Positions 53,226 through 64,000 of a stretch of DNA of 64,000 nucleotides are shown here, in pieces (position 1 is the first letter of the stretch; the number at the start of each line of letters is the position of its first letter). The stretch lies in NCBI RefSeq assembly GCF_963921235.1, contig NC_086097.1, positions 220,474,001 to 220,538,000 of the forward strand. The letters run 5' to 3'. The stretch is from Mobula hypostoma. Its lineage: Eukaryota. A model generated the notes under the pieces. It was not told where the DNA came from, made no database searches, and was given only the letters and a program-made list of their open reading frames with translations. The position numbers were made by a program, and so were the translations under genes.

Positions 53226-54187
53226 TTTTTCCACTGTTCTTTTTTTGTTGTACATGAACTCTGCAACACTGCTGTGTCCTCTACCTTTCAAAAATTTACT
53301 GGTTAACTATTGTGAACGTAGCTCATCTGCTCCATCTTTTCTAACCTACAATCTGCACAGTGGACCCAAGATTGCTCAAGTTGTTTAAAAAAAAGACAAG
53401 ACAGATGACATGCTCCAGTGCATCATGAAAACCAGTTCAGAATCAGAATCAGTTTTAATACCACCACATGTTCTGAAATTTGTTGTTTTTGCAGCAGCAG
53501 TACTTTGCAATACATAGTAATAAAATCTATAAATTACAATAAGAAACTCACCGGAGGCGTACCAAATGGACTGGGCCGTGCAAAATGGAATAAGTTGTAA
53601 TATCCTTAAAATTAAGCAAGATATTTTCTATATCCAATGTATTTTCATTTAAGTCAGTATGAATTCAGCCTTTATGAAAAGTAAAATTTGACCTAACAGA
53701 ATGGAAGAGGAGCTTCCACTACCACAGCTGGAAGCAAATTACACAATTTGATTAGGTTTCAATTGAAGTTAATGACTCATAAGTCACCAGTATGGGATTC
53801 CTAATTACACCTCTCAAGGAAAGTGTGTTAAAATTCTCAAATTTTTGAAAGGAATGCTTGAGCAAGAGATATATTTTTACAAATATAATTATCCTAAGCC
53901 CTTATGGAAATTACCAACACTATATTTTCTCTCATTTAAGAAACAATTGAATCAACTGAAGACTTAAGCACCAAGTTTCAGTAGCGCATCCATGTTATTG
54001 ATATTGCTCGGGTCACTCTTACGTGTACTCTTGACATCTCATAATAACCTGCCCCAGAATTCACATGTACAGATGAGCTAACAAAATCCAGGAGGATATG
54101 CACTGGAAACAAGGTACAGTATCTTAAATTAATGGCAATACATCTTAAATTAAAACCAAGTTAAGACGGCGTCATCAACCAACTTAC

Positions 54188-54360
54188 CCTGCTCTTTTAT
54201 ATGGCGGATTCGTTTCACAGTTTCTTTTAAGATTGCACATTTGTCTGGTTTTACGTTGAAGTTGTCAATATCATTAAAATTAGCAAATATCAGCTCAGCA
54301 AGTTCTTCAATATACTTATTCTCTTGCTCACGGTGACGTTTCTCAGTACTACGTTTAGGG
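54188..54360 (-). CDS. NCOA2: NCOA2 coding exon 2, bHLH domain ([57 protein letters not shown])
   Basis: ORF 54150..54383; acceptor aacag|, donor G|gtaagt; 173 nt; phases fit both neighbours. Confidence 0.97.
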
Positions 54361-54644
54361 CTGTTAATATTAAAAAAAAGCAATATTAGGCATCACATAC
54401 ACCAAAGACTCCATTACTCTGTTTGCCTTGTTGAATACAAGCAGCTAAATTAATAGTCTTCATGCAACTCCACACAAATGTGCAAGATTTAATCAAAAAT
54501 ACTAACCACATATTCTGTGATCAACTTAATACTGCACCCAAGGTAATGCTGAAATAGCAATAGAATGAATATATTCTTTTTTCAGTTATTAATCATGTTT
54601 TTCAGAATGGTGGAAGACAAACAATCTCAGGATTTTCCTTCTCC

Positions 54645-55200
54645 ATTAGACCATAAGTCACAAGAACAGACTTAGGCCATTGAGTCTGCTCCACCATTCT
54701 ATCCCACAACCTCATTCTTCTGCCTTCTCCTCATAACTTTTGGCACCCTTCCTATTGAAGAACCTATCAACTTTTAAATATACCCAATGACTTGGCCACC
54801 ACAGCCGTCCCACAGATTCACCGTCCTCTAGCTAAAGAAATTCCTCTTCATCCCTGTTCTAAAGACATGTACTTCTATTTTGAGACTGCCTTGTGGTCCT
54901 AGATGTCCCCACTCTCGGAAACATCTTCTTCACATCCACTCTATCTAAGCCTTTCAATATTCAATAGGTTTCAATGAGATATCCCCTCATTCTTCTAAGC
55001 TCTAGTGAGTACAAGCCCAGAGCCATCAAACACTGCTCATACGTTAACCTGTTCATTCACGAAATCACTTCATGAACCTCTTCTGGACCCTCTCCAAAGC
55101 CAGCACACCACTTCTTAGATAAGGGCCTCAAAACTGCTCACAATACTCCGTGTGGCCTGACTAATGCTTTATAAAGTTACATCCTTGCTTTTATATTCCA
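54645..55200 (-). mobile_element. CR1 3' portion
   Basis: Tail AGACCATAAG; CCCCTCATTCTTCTAAGCTCTAGTGAGTACAAGCCCAG is the reverse complement of LGLYSLELRRMRG. Confidence 0.85.
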
Positions 55201-55687
55201 GCTTGGATGACCTCAATCTGGAGGATGGTAGCAATCTAGTAGAATATTACTGTCAGTTAAGAACTTTCATAAACATACACAGATGGAAGGTTTCTGAGGA
55301 AGATGAGATGAGGCAGGATGGAGTTAGGAAACGTAATGGAGCTGGAAGTGGGCACTGCTGCTGCTGCTAATGAGTGTGATGTCAGAAGTTTATCTTGGTG
55401 CCAAAATGTAGCACTAAATGTGCCAAGACCCAGTTCAGCTTCAAAAAATTGCCAAGGGATTAAGGGAGTCAAATAAGATCAACTTGCTTGTTGTTAACAT
55501 CCATGTGTAAATAGGCACTGCGTCCTTTGATGATACTATCAAAAGGCTAGATGTAAATAAGAAAAAGGAGGCAGCCATGTATGGTTGCTTATGCGACATC
55601 TGGGATAATGGCATGGTGGTGCAAAGCGAAAGTCACCTCAACTGGCTTGTGACTTCAACTGATGTACATTCTTCATGAGAAATCTTA

Positions 55688-55895
55688 GGGCAGCACAGTA
55701 ATGCAGAGGTTAGCACAACACTTTTTAGTATCAGCGACCCAGTTTCAATTCTATTAACTACCTGTAAGGAGTTTGTACATTCTCCCCGTGACTGTATGGG
55801 TTTCCTCTGGGTCCTCCAGTTTCCTCCCATCGTCCAAAAGCATACCAGTTGGTGGGTTAATTAGTCATGGTAAATTGTCCCGTGATTAAGCTAGT
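55688..55895 (+). mobile_element. V-SINE (HE1-like)
   Basis: tRNA-like head, then GGAGTTTGTACATTCTCCCCGTGACTGTATGGGTTTCCTCTGGGTCCTCCAGTTTCCTCCCA core. Confidence 0.85.
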
Positions 55896-56585
55896 GTAAT
55901 GCCCTGGTTTACGTTTTTACTGTTATGCTGCAGGTATTTCATTTAGCAGTTCTATTACACGAGGTTGAATCTGAGGATTGCTAGAATAGCACGGCTTGAA
56001 GGGCCTTTTCCAAGAATGGAACCAGCTTGATGCTGGCAGAGAGGTGCAGGAGGCCATCGAGCAGTCACCACTGTAAACGGCCTGCAGACCAGTGGACAAG
56101 AGTAAATAAATGACAGCCTGCTATTACCACAATCATATGGGTCAACTTGGTATACTGCTCATGGATCCATTTTCCTCAATGCCCTCACCAAACACTACTG
56201 CAGAACCTTTAGCAATGGACTCTCCACAGATAACATGCATGTGGTCCACCTTTTTAAAAGGTAATAAAAACTTCAGCAGGATCAATCACTCACAAATCCA
56301 AGTGAAATCTTCTTGATCAGCTCATATTTGCTTAAAGGGTCAATTACTTTGCCCTGTGATAGATTCCTGTAATGCTGCCTGACATTAACACATCAAATGT
56401 GAAAACCAAGGTTTCAGCTTTGATTTTTTCTCCTTTCTCAAATCATGAAATTTTCAGTTTCAGAAACCAATGATAGAATTATCGGAAGCAGGCCAGTACA
56501 TCCACACCAGTGTTCATGCCACATATGAAACGACTCCCAATTTACCCAACTCACCCTTTTAATGCATGTTGACATTCAATCTCAT

Positions 56586-56844
56586 CTTTTTTTTTGTGCG
56601 TGCCATACTCTAACTAGAGCCTCGGCAACCACTTTTCAGGTGGTTGTCTTGGAGGAAAGATTCTGTGAGTGGTCCGCCACATCCTTCTCCCAGCGCAGCG
56701 TTTTTTTCTTTACGAGGCCCAGTTGCGAGCTCGACACTCAACCCAGCATGGATGGAAAGCGTGCCCAGGAGCAGCCCAACTGGATTCGAACTCAGGAACC
56801 TTCACTCCGGAGTCCAGCGCTGATGTCACTGCGCCAGCCAGCCG
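56586..56844 (-). mobile_element. tRNA-derived SINE with Pol III A/B boxes and poly(A) tail
   Basis: Minus strand: TGGCGCAGTGA (A box), GAGTTCGAATCC (B box); T-run at 56587-56595 is the A tail. Confidence 0.8.
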
Positions 56845-57049
56845 TATCATCTAGATTTTCCTTAAAAAATATGCTACTCACCACTCTCTTTCTTTTTAAT
56901 TACCTCTCTTTTTTTTCCATTCTCAAAATACAGAATCTTCTCATGAAATCTTTCCTGGAATTATTAGTGACTTTTTTTTTTATTCAAGAACTTTCCCACA
57001 GGAAGAGGCATCTCCTTTATGCTAATCCTATCAAGCCTCTCAATTATTT

Positions 57050-57655
57050 TGAGAAAGTGGAGAGTATATTGACTGGCTGCATCATAGCCTGGTATGAAAA
57101 CACCAATGCCCTTGAATGGAAAATCCTCCAAAAAGTAGTGGATGCAGCCAAGTCCATCATGGGGAAAGCCATCCCACCACTGAGCACATCTACACGAAGT
57201 GTTGTAGCAGGAAAACAGCATCCATCATCAGGAACCAACCTCCCAGTCAAGCTTTCTTCTCACTGTTGCCATTAGGAAAAAGATACAGGAGCTTCAGGAC
57301 TCACATCACCAGGTTCAGGAACACTTATTACCCCTCAACCATCTTGAACTATTTTGGCTCTTGAACCAAAGGGGATAACCTCACTCAACTTACCCCATCA
57401 TTGAAATGTTCCCACAACCTATGGACTCCCTTTCAAAGACTCTTCATCTCATGTTCTTGATATTTATTATTTCTTTCCTTTTAGTATTTGCGCAGTTTGT
57501 TGTCTTTTGCACACTGCACAGTTGGTGCAGTCTTTCATTGATTCAATTGTGCTTATTATTCTATTATGAATTTATTGCATATGCCTATAAGAAAATGAAT
57601 CTTGGGCCTGTATCTGGTGACATATATGTACTTTATGATAATCAATCTACTTTGA
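57050..57655 (+). mobile_element. Rex1/Babar-type LINE 3' fragment
   Basis: VESILTGCIIAWY..LQKVVDAAKSIMG; FSLLPLGKRYRSFRTHITRFRNTYYP. Confidence 0.85.
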
Positions 57656-58373
57656 AGTCATCAAGTGTTCCAAGAGAAAAAGAACCTTTGCCTTTATAGA
57701 CTTTCCTTGAAGAGTTGAGGCAGGCAGATTATGAACATTCAGAAGCCATCTAGGTAAGTGGATCAAAGGTGCTTAGAGGCCTATGGGCAAAATGCAGGCA
57801 GCTTGGACCAACTCCATGGCAACACAGCTGGCATGGATGAGTTAGGCCAAAGGGCCTATTTCCATGCTGTATGTCATTCTTGCAAGTCTTCTTCACCTTG
57901 AGCCACGTTTTAATACCCTTTTTTGTAAGGAAACTCTTCAAGGTACTCTAACCAAGATGCCATTGATTCCAAGATTCCACTTATTGGTTTTTCTATCCAA
58001 AAATACTGAAAAACTTCTAACCGCATTTACAATTCTTTTCAACCTTTTTGTCTAATGACTTTCATGTATTATTTCTGCTTAAGTTCAATTTTTTTCTCGA
58101 CTTGCTTAAAAATCCACCTACCTACCATTAAGTTTTATTTATCATAGAATCTGCAAAATATTGTCTGGTTCTGTCACTGCACACTGATGTGTGTTTGTTT
58201 GCAAGTATGCTGTATTTTTATCCATTACAGTCTCAAATGCTATTTCAATTAATGAATCAACATTGTCGTTGCCATAAACACAAGGAATTCTGCAGATGCT
58301 GGAAATTCAAGCAACACACATCAAAGTTGCTGGTGAACGCAGCAGGCCAGGCAGCATCTCTAGGAAGAGGTAC

Positions 58374-58409
58374 AGTCGACGTTTCGGGCCGAGACCCTTC
58401 GTCAGGACT
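58374..58409 (-). ncRNA. Minimal type I hammerhead ribozyme motif (Penelope-associated), intact core
   Basis: Minus strand AGUC-CUGACGA-A-GGGU(CUCG)GCCC-GAA-ACGU-C-GACU: stem I AGUC/GACU, stem II, palindromic ACGU in place of stem III. Confidence 0.75.
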
Positions 58410-59262
58410 AACTGAAGGAAGAGCTAGTAAGAGATTTGAGAGGGGGAGGGGGAGATCCAAAATTATAGGAGAAGACAGGAGGGGAAATGATGGAGCCAAG
58501 AGCTGGACAGGTGATTGGCAAAAGGGATATGAGAGGATCATGGGACAGGAAGCCCAGGGAGAAGGAAAAGGGGGAGGGGGGGTAAGGGAGGAAGTGTAAG
58601 GGCATGTGTAGCACTTACCACCATTCAGGGCCCCAGACAGTCCTTCCAGGTGAGGCGACACTTCACCTGTGAGTCGGCTGGGGTGATATACTGCGTCCGG
58701 TGCTCCCGATGTGGCCTTCTATATATTGGCGAGACCCGACGCAGACTGGGAGATCGTTTTGCTGAACACCTACGCTCTGTTTGCCAGAGAAAGCAGGATC
58801 TCCCGATGGCCACACATTTTAATTCCACATCCCATTCCTGTTCTGATATATCTATCCACGGCCTCCTCTACTGTAAAGAGGAAGCCACACTCAGGTTGGA
58901 GGAACAACACCTTATATTCCGTCTGGGTAGCCTCCAACCTGATGGCATGAACATTGACTTCTTTAACTTCCGCTAATGCCCCACCTCCCCCTCGTACCCA
59001 ATCCGTTATTTATATACATTCTTTCTCTCTCTCTCTCTTTTTTCTCCCTCTGTCCCTCTGACTATACCCCTTGCCCATCCTCTGGGTTTCCCCCCCTCCC
59101 CTTTTTCCTTCTCCCTGGGCTTCCTGTCCCATGATCCTCTCATATCCCTTTTGCCAATCACCTGTCCAGCTCTTGGCTCCATCACTTCCCCTCCTGTCTT
59201 CTCCTATCATTTTGGATCTCCCCCTCCCCCTCTCAAATCTCTTACTAACTCTTCCTTCAGTT

Positions 59263-59298
59263 AGTCCTGACGAAGGGTCTCGGTCTGAAACGTCGACT
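59263..59298 (+). ncRNA. Minimal hammerhead ribozyme motif with weakened stem II
   Basis: AGUC-CUGACGA-A-GGGU(CUCG)GUCU-GAA-ACGU-C-GACU; core intact, stem II mostly G-U pairs. Confidence 0.6.
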
Positions 59299-60710
59299 GT
59301 ACCACTTCCTAGAGATGCTGCCTGGCCTGCTGCGTTCACCAGCAACTTTGATGTGTGTTGCGTTTCATTGCCATAATCTTTTTCAAAGTGCATTCAAATT
59401 TTTGTTATTTTTATTATCTTCTCCAGCTTGGTTTTGTGCATCCTTAATGGACCTCTAGAAATTTACATTGCTTTGTAAATATTTACTGCTTGATTTCTAA
59501 AATTCTGAACTTTCATGTGAGCCTTACTTCTATCTATTTTGTGTCAAAAGCTGCTTAGTTGCACACATTCTGCTTTGATCTTTTGTACAGTTTTAAATAC
59601 ATTTCTTTAAACTATTTCATCATAGATTAACAGCTCAGGATAACTAAAAGAGATTAATGTATTTATCACTTAGAAGTTTAAAATTCTTGCTTCTCCCCTT
59701 CAAATCTAATATCAGATTCAATTTATATTACTGTCATTAACTACAATTTATTCCATTACTACAGATTGCTAATTAATTTTGATTTGCTATGTATTAAAGC
59801 TAGCTATTTCATCTCCTGTAGGCCCTCCATAAAAGGGATAAAAGAAAAATTATGCGGCTTTCTTGCTGGAACTATTCTACACTGTAATGAAATTTAAAAT
59901 CTCCCATTATAACCACATTGCTTCCCTATGTGCTTCTTGCCACATGTGGTTACACATGCCCACATGAAGTCACCATGATTTGGAGGATGACAAACAGACC
60001 TCCCTGGAGTTTTATCTTCTATTGATTACTCACCTTACTAATATCATTTCTCTCCAATTTTTTTACTTCCATCATCTTTTATTAACGTTGCTACTGTTCC
60101 TTGTTTTCCAATTTCTCTTGACATTATAAAGAATCTATAGCCTGCAGTATCTGATTCTCAATCACACAGCATTTATTGACATCTCCCTAATTGGCTTCCA
60201 CATCATTTCCTTTAGGACAAATGTGTGCTTTTAATTTATTTATTGTGCTGCTTGAATTCAATAATGTAACTTATTTAGGCAACTATTCCAACCCGTACCA
60301 TATGCCTCTACATTATATTTACCATATATTTTCAGTATCGCAATTTTTTTATATCAGTACAGAAGCATTTAACCTACTTTTACTCTTCATCACTTCTCTT
60401 TTATTTTATTATTTGCTTTTCTCTTTTCCTCAGGAAAGCACCAGTTTGAAGGGTTTTAAATTGAAAAAGGACATTCCATTGCACAACCAATTAAGTAACT
60501 AGGGCAGACATAACAGGAGTGACACAGGTCACCATTTTCAGATTGTACACTTGGATTTAAGCTCTTGAAGGAATGGGGGGGGGGGGAATTCAATTGCAAT
60601 TCATTTGTCTGATTAGAATCCGGGTACCTGGTAGAGAAAAAAATATTTGATGAAGACTGACGTAAGTCAGCAGAGTATGAAGCAAAAATGTCAACAATGT
60701 TGCTATCGTG

Positions 60711-61020
60711 CATAAGACCGTAAGTTATAGGTGCACTATTACACTATTTGGCCATCGAGGATGCTCTGCCATTTCATCATGGTTGATCCAATTTTCCCCT
60801 CAGCCCCTCCTGCCTTCTCCCTGTATCCCTTCATCCCTTCATACCCTGACCAATCAAGAATCTATCAATCTCTGCCTTAAATATATCCAATGACTTGGCC
60901 TCCACAGCCACCTGTGGCAACAAATTCCACAGATTCACTACTCTCTGCCTAAAGAAATTCCTAATTTCCTTTCTAAAAATACGCCCTCCTTTTACTTATA
61001 GCTAATCATCAATTTCAGTA
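60711..61020 (-). mobile_element. CR1 3' end fragment (related copy at 63599-63894)
   Basis: CATAAGACCGTAAG tail; GCCTCCACAGCCACCTGTGGCAACAAATTCCACAGATTCAC. Confidence 0.8.
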
Positions 61021-61156
61021 GAAATATTTTAGTGATGACAATCACAATTTTCCATATTTTCATCAAGGTAGAGCTGTAAATGGTGAACTGGATATTTACT
61101 GTGATTTACATTCATGAGAGTCACTGAGCATTTCACTGATTTCCCTTACATCTTAC

Positions 61157-61264
61157 CTTGGTCGTGGATGGTCACATGGTGATTCCTTGCGTTTTCTGGA
61201 GTCTAATCTGGCAAGGTCAGAGGAATTTTCACCCATTCCACTCATCTTGTGGGCATATAAGCAG
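61157..61264 (-). CDS. NCOA2: NCOA2 first coding exon (19 nt 5'UTR, ATG at 61245, MSGMGENSSDLARLDSRKRKESPCDHPRP-S)
   Basis: Minus strand: pyrimidine tract+cag|CTGCTTATATGCCCACAAG ATG AGT GGA ATG GGT GAA AAT...CCA AG|gtaag. MSGMGEN...RKRK matches the NCOA2 N-terminus and NLS; 89 coding nt, ends phase 2. Confidence 0.95.
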
Positions 61265-61492
61265 CTGATGAAAGTAAAAAGAAGTTTCAGTTAGAACTTT
61301 ACCAAAACTTGTTAAACTTTTACTGTCTATCCTGTGCTGGCATCCATGCAAGTTTTCAGAAATACTTGCTTCAGTACTCAGATGGAAATATAAACACACT
61401 TCTAACACATTCAATGTCACCCCCTGGAATAGAGATGTTAGACACATTTACATTCACAGGAAGTTTGCATATGTCTGCTCACATGTGCGCGC

Positions 61493-61493
<1 letters not shown>

Positions 61494-61525
<32 letters not shown>
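61494..61525. repeat. (AC)n microsatellite
   Basis: About 16 AC units. Confidence 0.95.
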
Positions 61526-61527
<2 letters not shown>

Positions 61528-61633
61528 AGGCCCTCTAGTCAAACTCAGCGCCACACAAAAACAGAAATTAAGAGGCAGCAGAGGGCCATTTAGTACTTCA
61601 TGCCCGATCCACATATTCAGTAAGACCATAAGA

Positions 61634-63598
61634 CAGGGGTCTCCAACCTTTTTTTGCACTGCGGACCAGTTTAATATTGACAGCATTCTTGCGGATCGGC
61701 TGACCGGTTGGGGGGGGGGGGGGGGTTAATCACGCCCGGAATATAGGTGATAAGGTGATAGTGCATTGGTTGCAAAGCACGTGCAGACATCCCACCCTGC
61801 AAAAACTCATTTCAGGGAGGTAGCACCCCCGCCCCCCCTCCCGCAGACCCATATCGCCCCACCCACCCCCCGCCGACCTCCAAGAGTGTATGTAATACTT
61901 TATTTAGTGATTTTGTCCAATCTGTAAACCAAGTTGGGTATATGCAGCAAATGTGACATTAAAATATGTACTTATATTATAAACATATGTTTACTCTATT
62001 ACAACTTTAAACAAGTCTACAGGGAGTTTGGCCTCATCATGTAGGACTCAATAGCGAAGCTCCTTGGCAACTAGCCAGCTAGTTTAAATCAGGGGTCCCC
62101 AACCTTTTTTGCACTGCAGACCAGTTTAATATTGACAATATTCTTGCGGACTGGCCGACCTGGGGTGGGGGGGGGGGGGTGTTAAACGCAACCGGAATAT
62201 AGGTGATAATTCAACTACAAGTCACTTATAACTGGCTAATACACTCAACTTTATTTCTAAAAGGGTTTATCTAACAAATTTAATATTAAAGAGACAGCGC
62301 ATATTTCCCCACGTGAATATGGTGATGTCAATTATAAGTCACTTATAAGTCAATAACATGTTTGGATATTAAACACACAGCGCATATTTTCCTCGTATGA
62401 ACATATAAAATCATGTAACACACCAATATTGCTGAATCAGTGGGAGCCCTGGGCTTGTTTCCCTGCAACAAGACGGTCCCATCGAGGGGTGATGGGAGAC
62501 AGCAATACTCGAAGGGGGTTCCTTATGTCCAGTCTATTCCGCAGTTTAGTTTTCGTTGCATTCATTGCAGAAAACCTCACTTAGCAGAGATATGATGTTG
62601 GAAATGGAAGCAACATTTTCAGTGCTTTCGTGGCTATCTCAGGATATTCAGCCTTGACTTTGATCCAGAATGCCAGCAGAGATGTTATGTCAAACATACT
62701 TTTCAGCCCGCCGTCATTTGCAAGCTCGAGGAGTTGAGCTTCTTCCCATGCTGACATGGATGATTCACCGGGGACATTCACAAATGGGTCACAGATCCAT
62801 TCCTTTGCACATCTTGGGTCATTTGTGGTTGGGAAGTAATGCACGAATTCTGTTGACAGCAAAGATAGGTGATTGCGCACCAGCTGTGAGAAGGATGGTG
62901 CAGCCTCAGTCTCTCCCCAGAATCCCAGCTAATGTTGGGAACATGTCAAATATGCCCCTGTCCACTCGCTGTCCCCACAGATACAGTTTGGCTTGCCTTA
63001 GCAATACAGCAACCACTAAGTACGACGCTCTCAGAGCAGCAGCATTTGTGGAGCTGGTGGCTCTCAGCATTTGCTTCTGTCCCGCTTGCTCACGTTTTCT
63101 CCGCTCAAAAAACTCAGTGGATTCATCTTTTAAGTGCAGGGTGCTTGGACTCAAGGTGCCGAAGCAGTTTTGAGGCCTTCATTGCCTCATTAGACAGCTT
63201 GTCTCCACATATCACACACAGGGGGCTTGGAGAGTGCGAGTGACCGGTCGCAATAAAGCCATATTTTATGTACGACTTGTCGTAGTTTCTGTTGAAGGAA
63301 GCTTTCTTTTTTTTGCAGTCTTGGCCTCAGCTGTCTCTGCTTTATCATCATCGTTAGCCCTTTTATGTCCCCTACCACCTCTTCCAAAGAAACTCTCAAA
63401 TGATGTTTGTTTTTTTACTCAGAGTAGTTGTAGGTTAATGACTGACTGATGACCTCACTTGCGTTCAAGTTCAACAGTGGACGTAACAGGGAATGAGGAA
63501 AAGTGCAGCTGACTCATATTGTTTCATATCGCCAAATCATATTGTTTCCTCGCGACCCAGTAGCACTTGCTTCATGGCTTGGTGGTTAGGGACCACTA
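61634..63598 (-). mobile_element. hAT-Charlie/Buster-type DNA transposon, internally deleted; 8-bp TSD CCATAAGA
   Basis: TIRs CAGGGGTCTCCAACC / GGTTAGGGACCACTA; TSD at 61626-61633 and 63599-63606; ORF 62581..62880 hATC dimerisation domain (FWIKVKAEYPEIATKALKMLLPFPTSYLC); second left terminus at 62090. Confidence 0.92.
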
Positions 63599-63894
63599 CC
63601 ATAAGATATAGGAGCAGAATTAGGCCATTTGGCCCAATGAATCTGCTCCGCCATTTTATCTTGGCTAATCCATTTTCTCTCTCAGCCCAAATCTCCTGCC
63701 TTCTCCCTGTATCCCTTCATGCCTGGACTAATCAAGAACCTATCAACCTCCACCCTAAATATACCCAAGACTTTGCCTCCACAGCTGCCTGTGGCAACAA
63801 ATTCCACAAATTCACTACTCTCTGGTTAAAATTCCTCATGTCCATTCTAAAATGACGCCCTCCTTTTACTTCTAGCTAATCATCAATTTCAGTA
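63599..63894 (-). mobile_element. CR1 3' end fragment whose tail repeat was the target of the hAT insertion
   Basis: TAAGACCATAAGA at 61621-61633 continues as CCATAAGATATAGGAGCAGAATTAGGCC from 63599. Confidence 0.82.
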
Positions 63895-64000
63895 CCTTGT
63901 TCCTACTTTCTCCTGCAGTCTCTAATCCCTTTGGCATTAAAACAAATCTACCTCCTCCTTAAATATATTTACTGGCTTAGTGCCCACCGCTTTCAATGAT

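Larger units (their letters stand above)
58278..59364 (+). mobile_element. Penelope-like element with inverted pLTRs, young; TSD TC(G/A)TTGCCATAA
   Basis: Intact GIY-YIG segment in ORF 58650..58976 (VIYCVRCSRCGLLYIGET); ~270-bp inverted arms 58311-58582 and 59091-59361; TSD at 58266-58277 and 59365-59376. Confidence 0.93.

Noticed and set aside
56775..56844. tRNA gene
   Set aside because: A and B boxes are present, but no acceptor stem is evident and it continues into a SINE body with an A tail.
56562..57275. 237-aa ORF
   Set aside because: Chance read-through across an antisense SINE, AT-rich DNA and a Rex1 fragment.
61709..62179. Poly-G runs as functional G-quadruplex elements
   Set aside because: They are part of the duplicated hAT terminal block; no independent evidence of function.

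Overview
Vertebrate genomic DNA, most likely a cartilaginous fish (ray or shark; inferred from V-SINE/HE1-type SINEs, abundant CR1 LINEs and Penelope elements). The only host gene is NCOA2 (SRC-2/TIF2/GRIP1) on the minus strand. Seven coding exons splice in frame through GT-AG junctions: 61264-61157 (ATG at 61245), 54360-54188, 12748-12648, 9885-9708, 8797-8609, 2656-2555 and 2450-2310. They give 973 coding nt (324 codons + 1) covering bHLH, PAS-A and the start of PAS-B; the gene continues beyond position 1. The rest is intron, densely filled with transposable elements: CR1, Rex1/Babar, L2 and RTE-like LINEs, Penelope-like elements, a deleted Gypsy element, a solo LTR, a Tigger/pogo deletion derivative, hAT-Charlie elements and MITEs, and SINEs. 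Most notable: (i) minimal hammerhead-ribozyme motifs in Penelope pLTRs, one with an intact core on the NCOA2 sense strand inside a ~270-bp inverted repeat; (ii) a multi-layer nested TE stack at 27.4-36.6 kb; (iii) a palindromic hAT MITE found both free and inside a Tigger element; (iv) a hAT element with a duplicated left end; (v) a candidate stop-containing cassette exon. Family assignments come from recognised motifs, not database searches. Repeat boundaries without a TSD are approximate.
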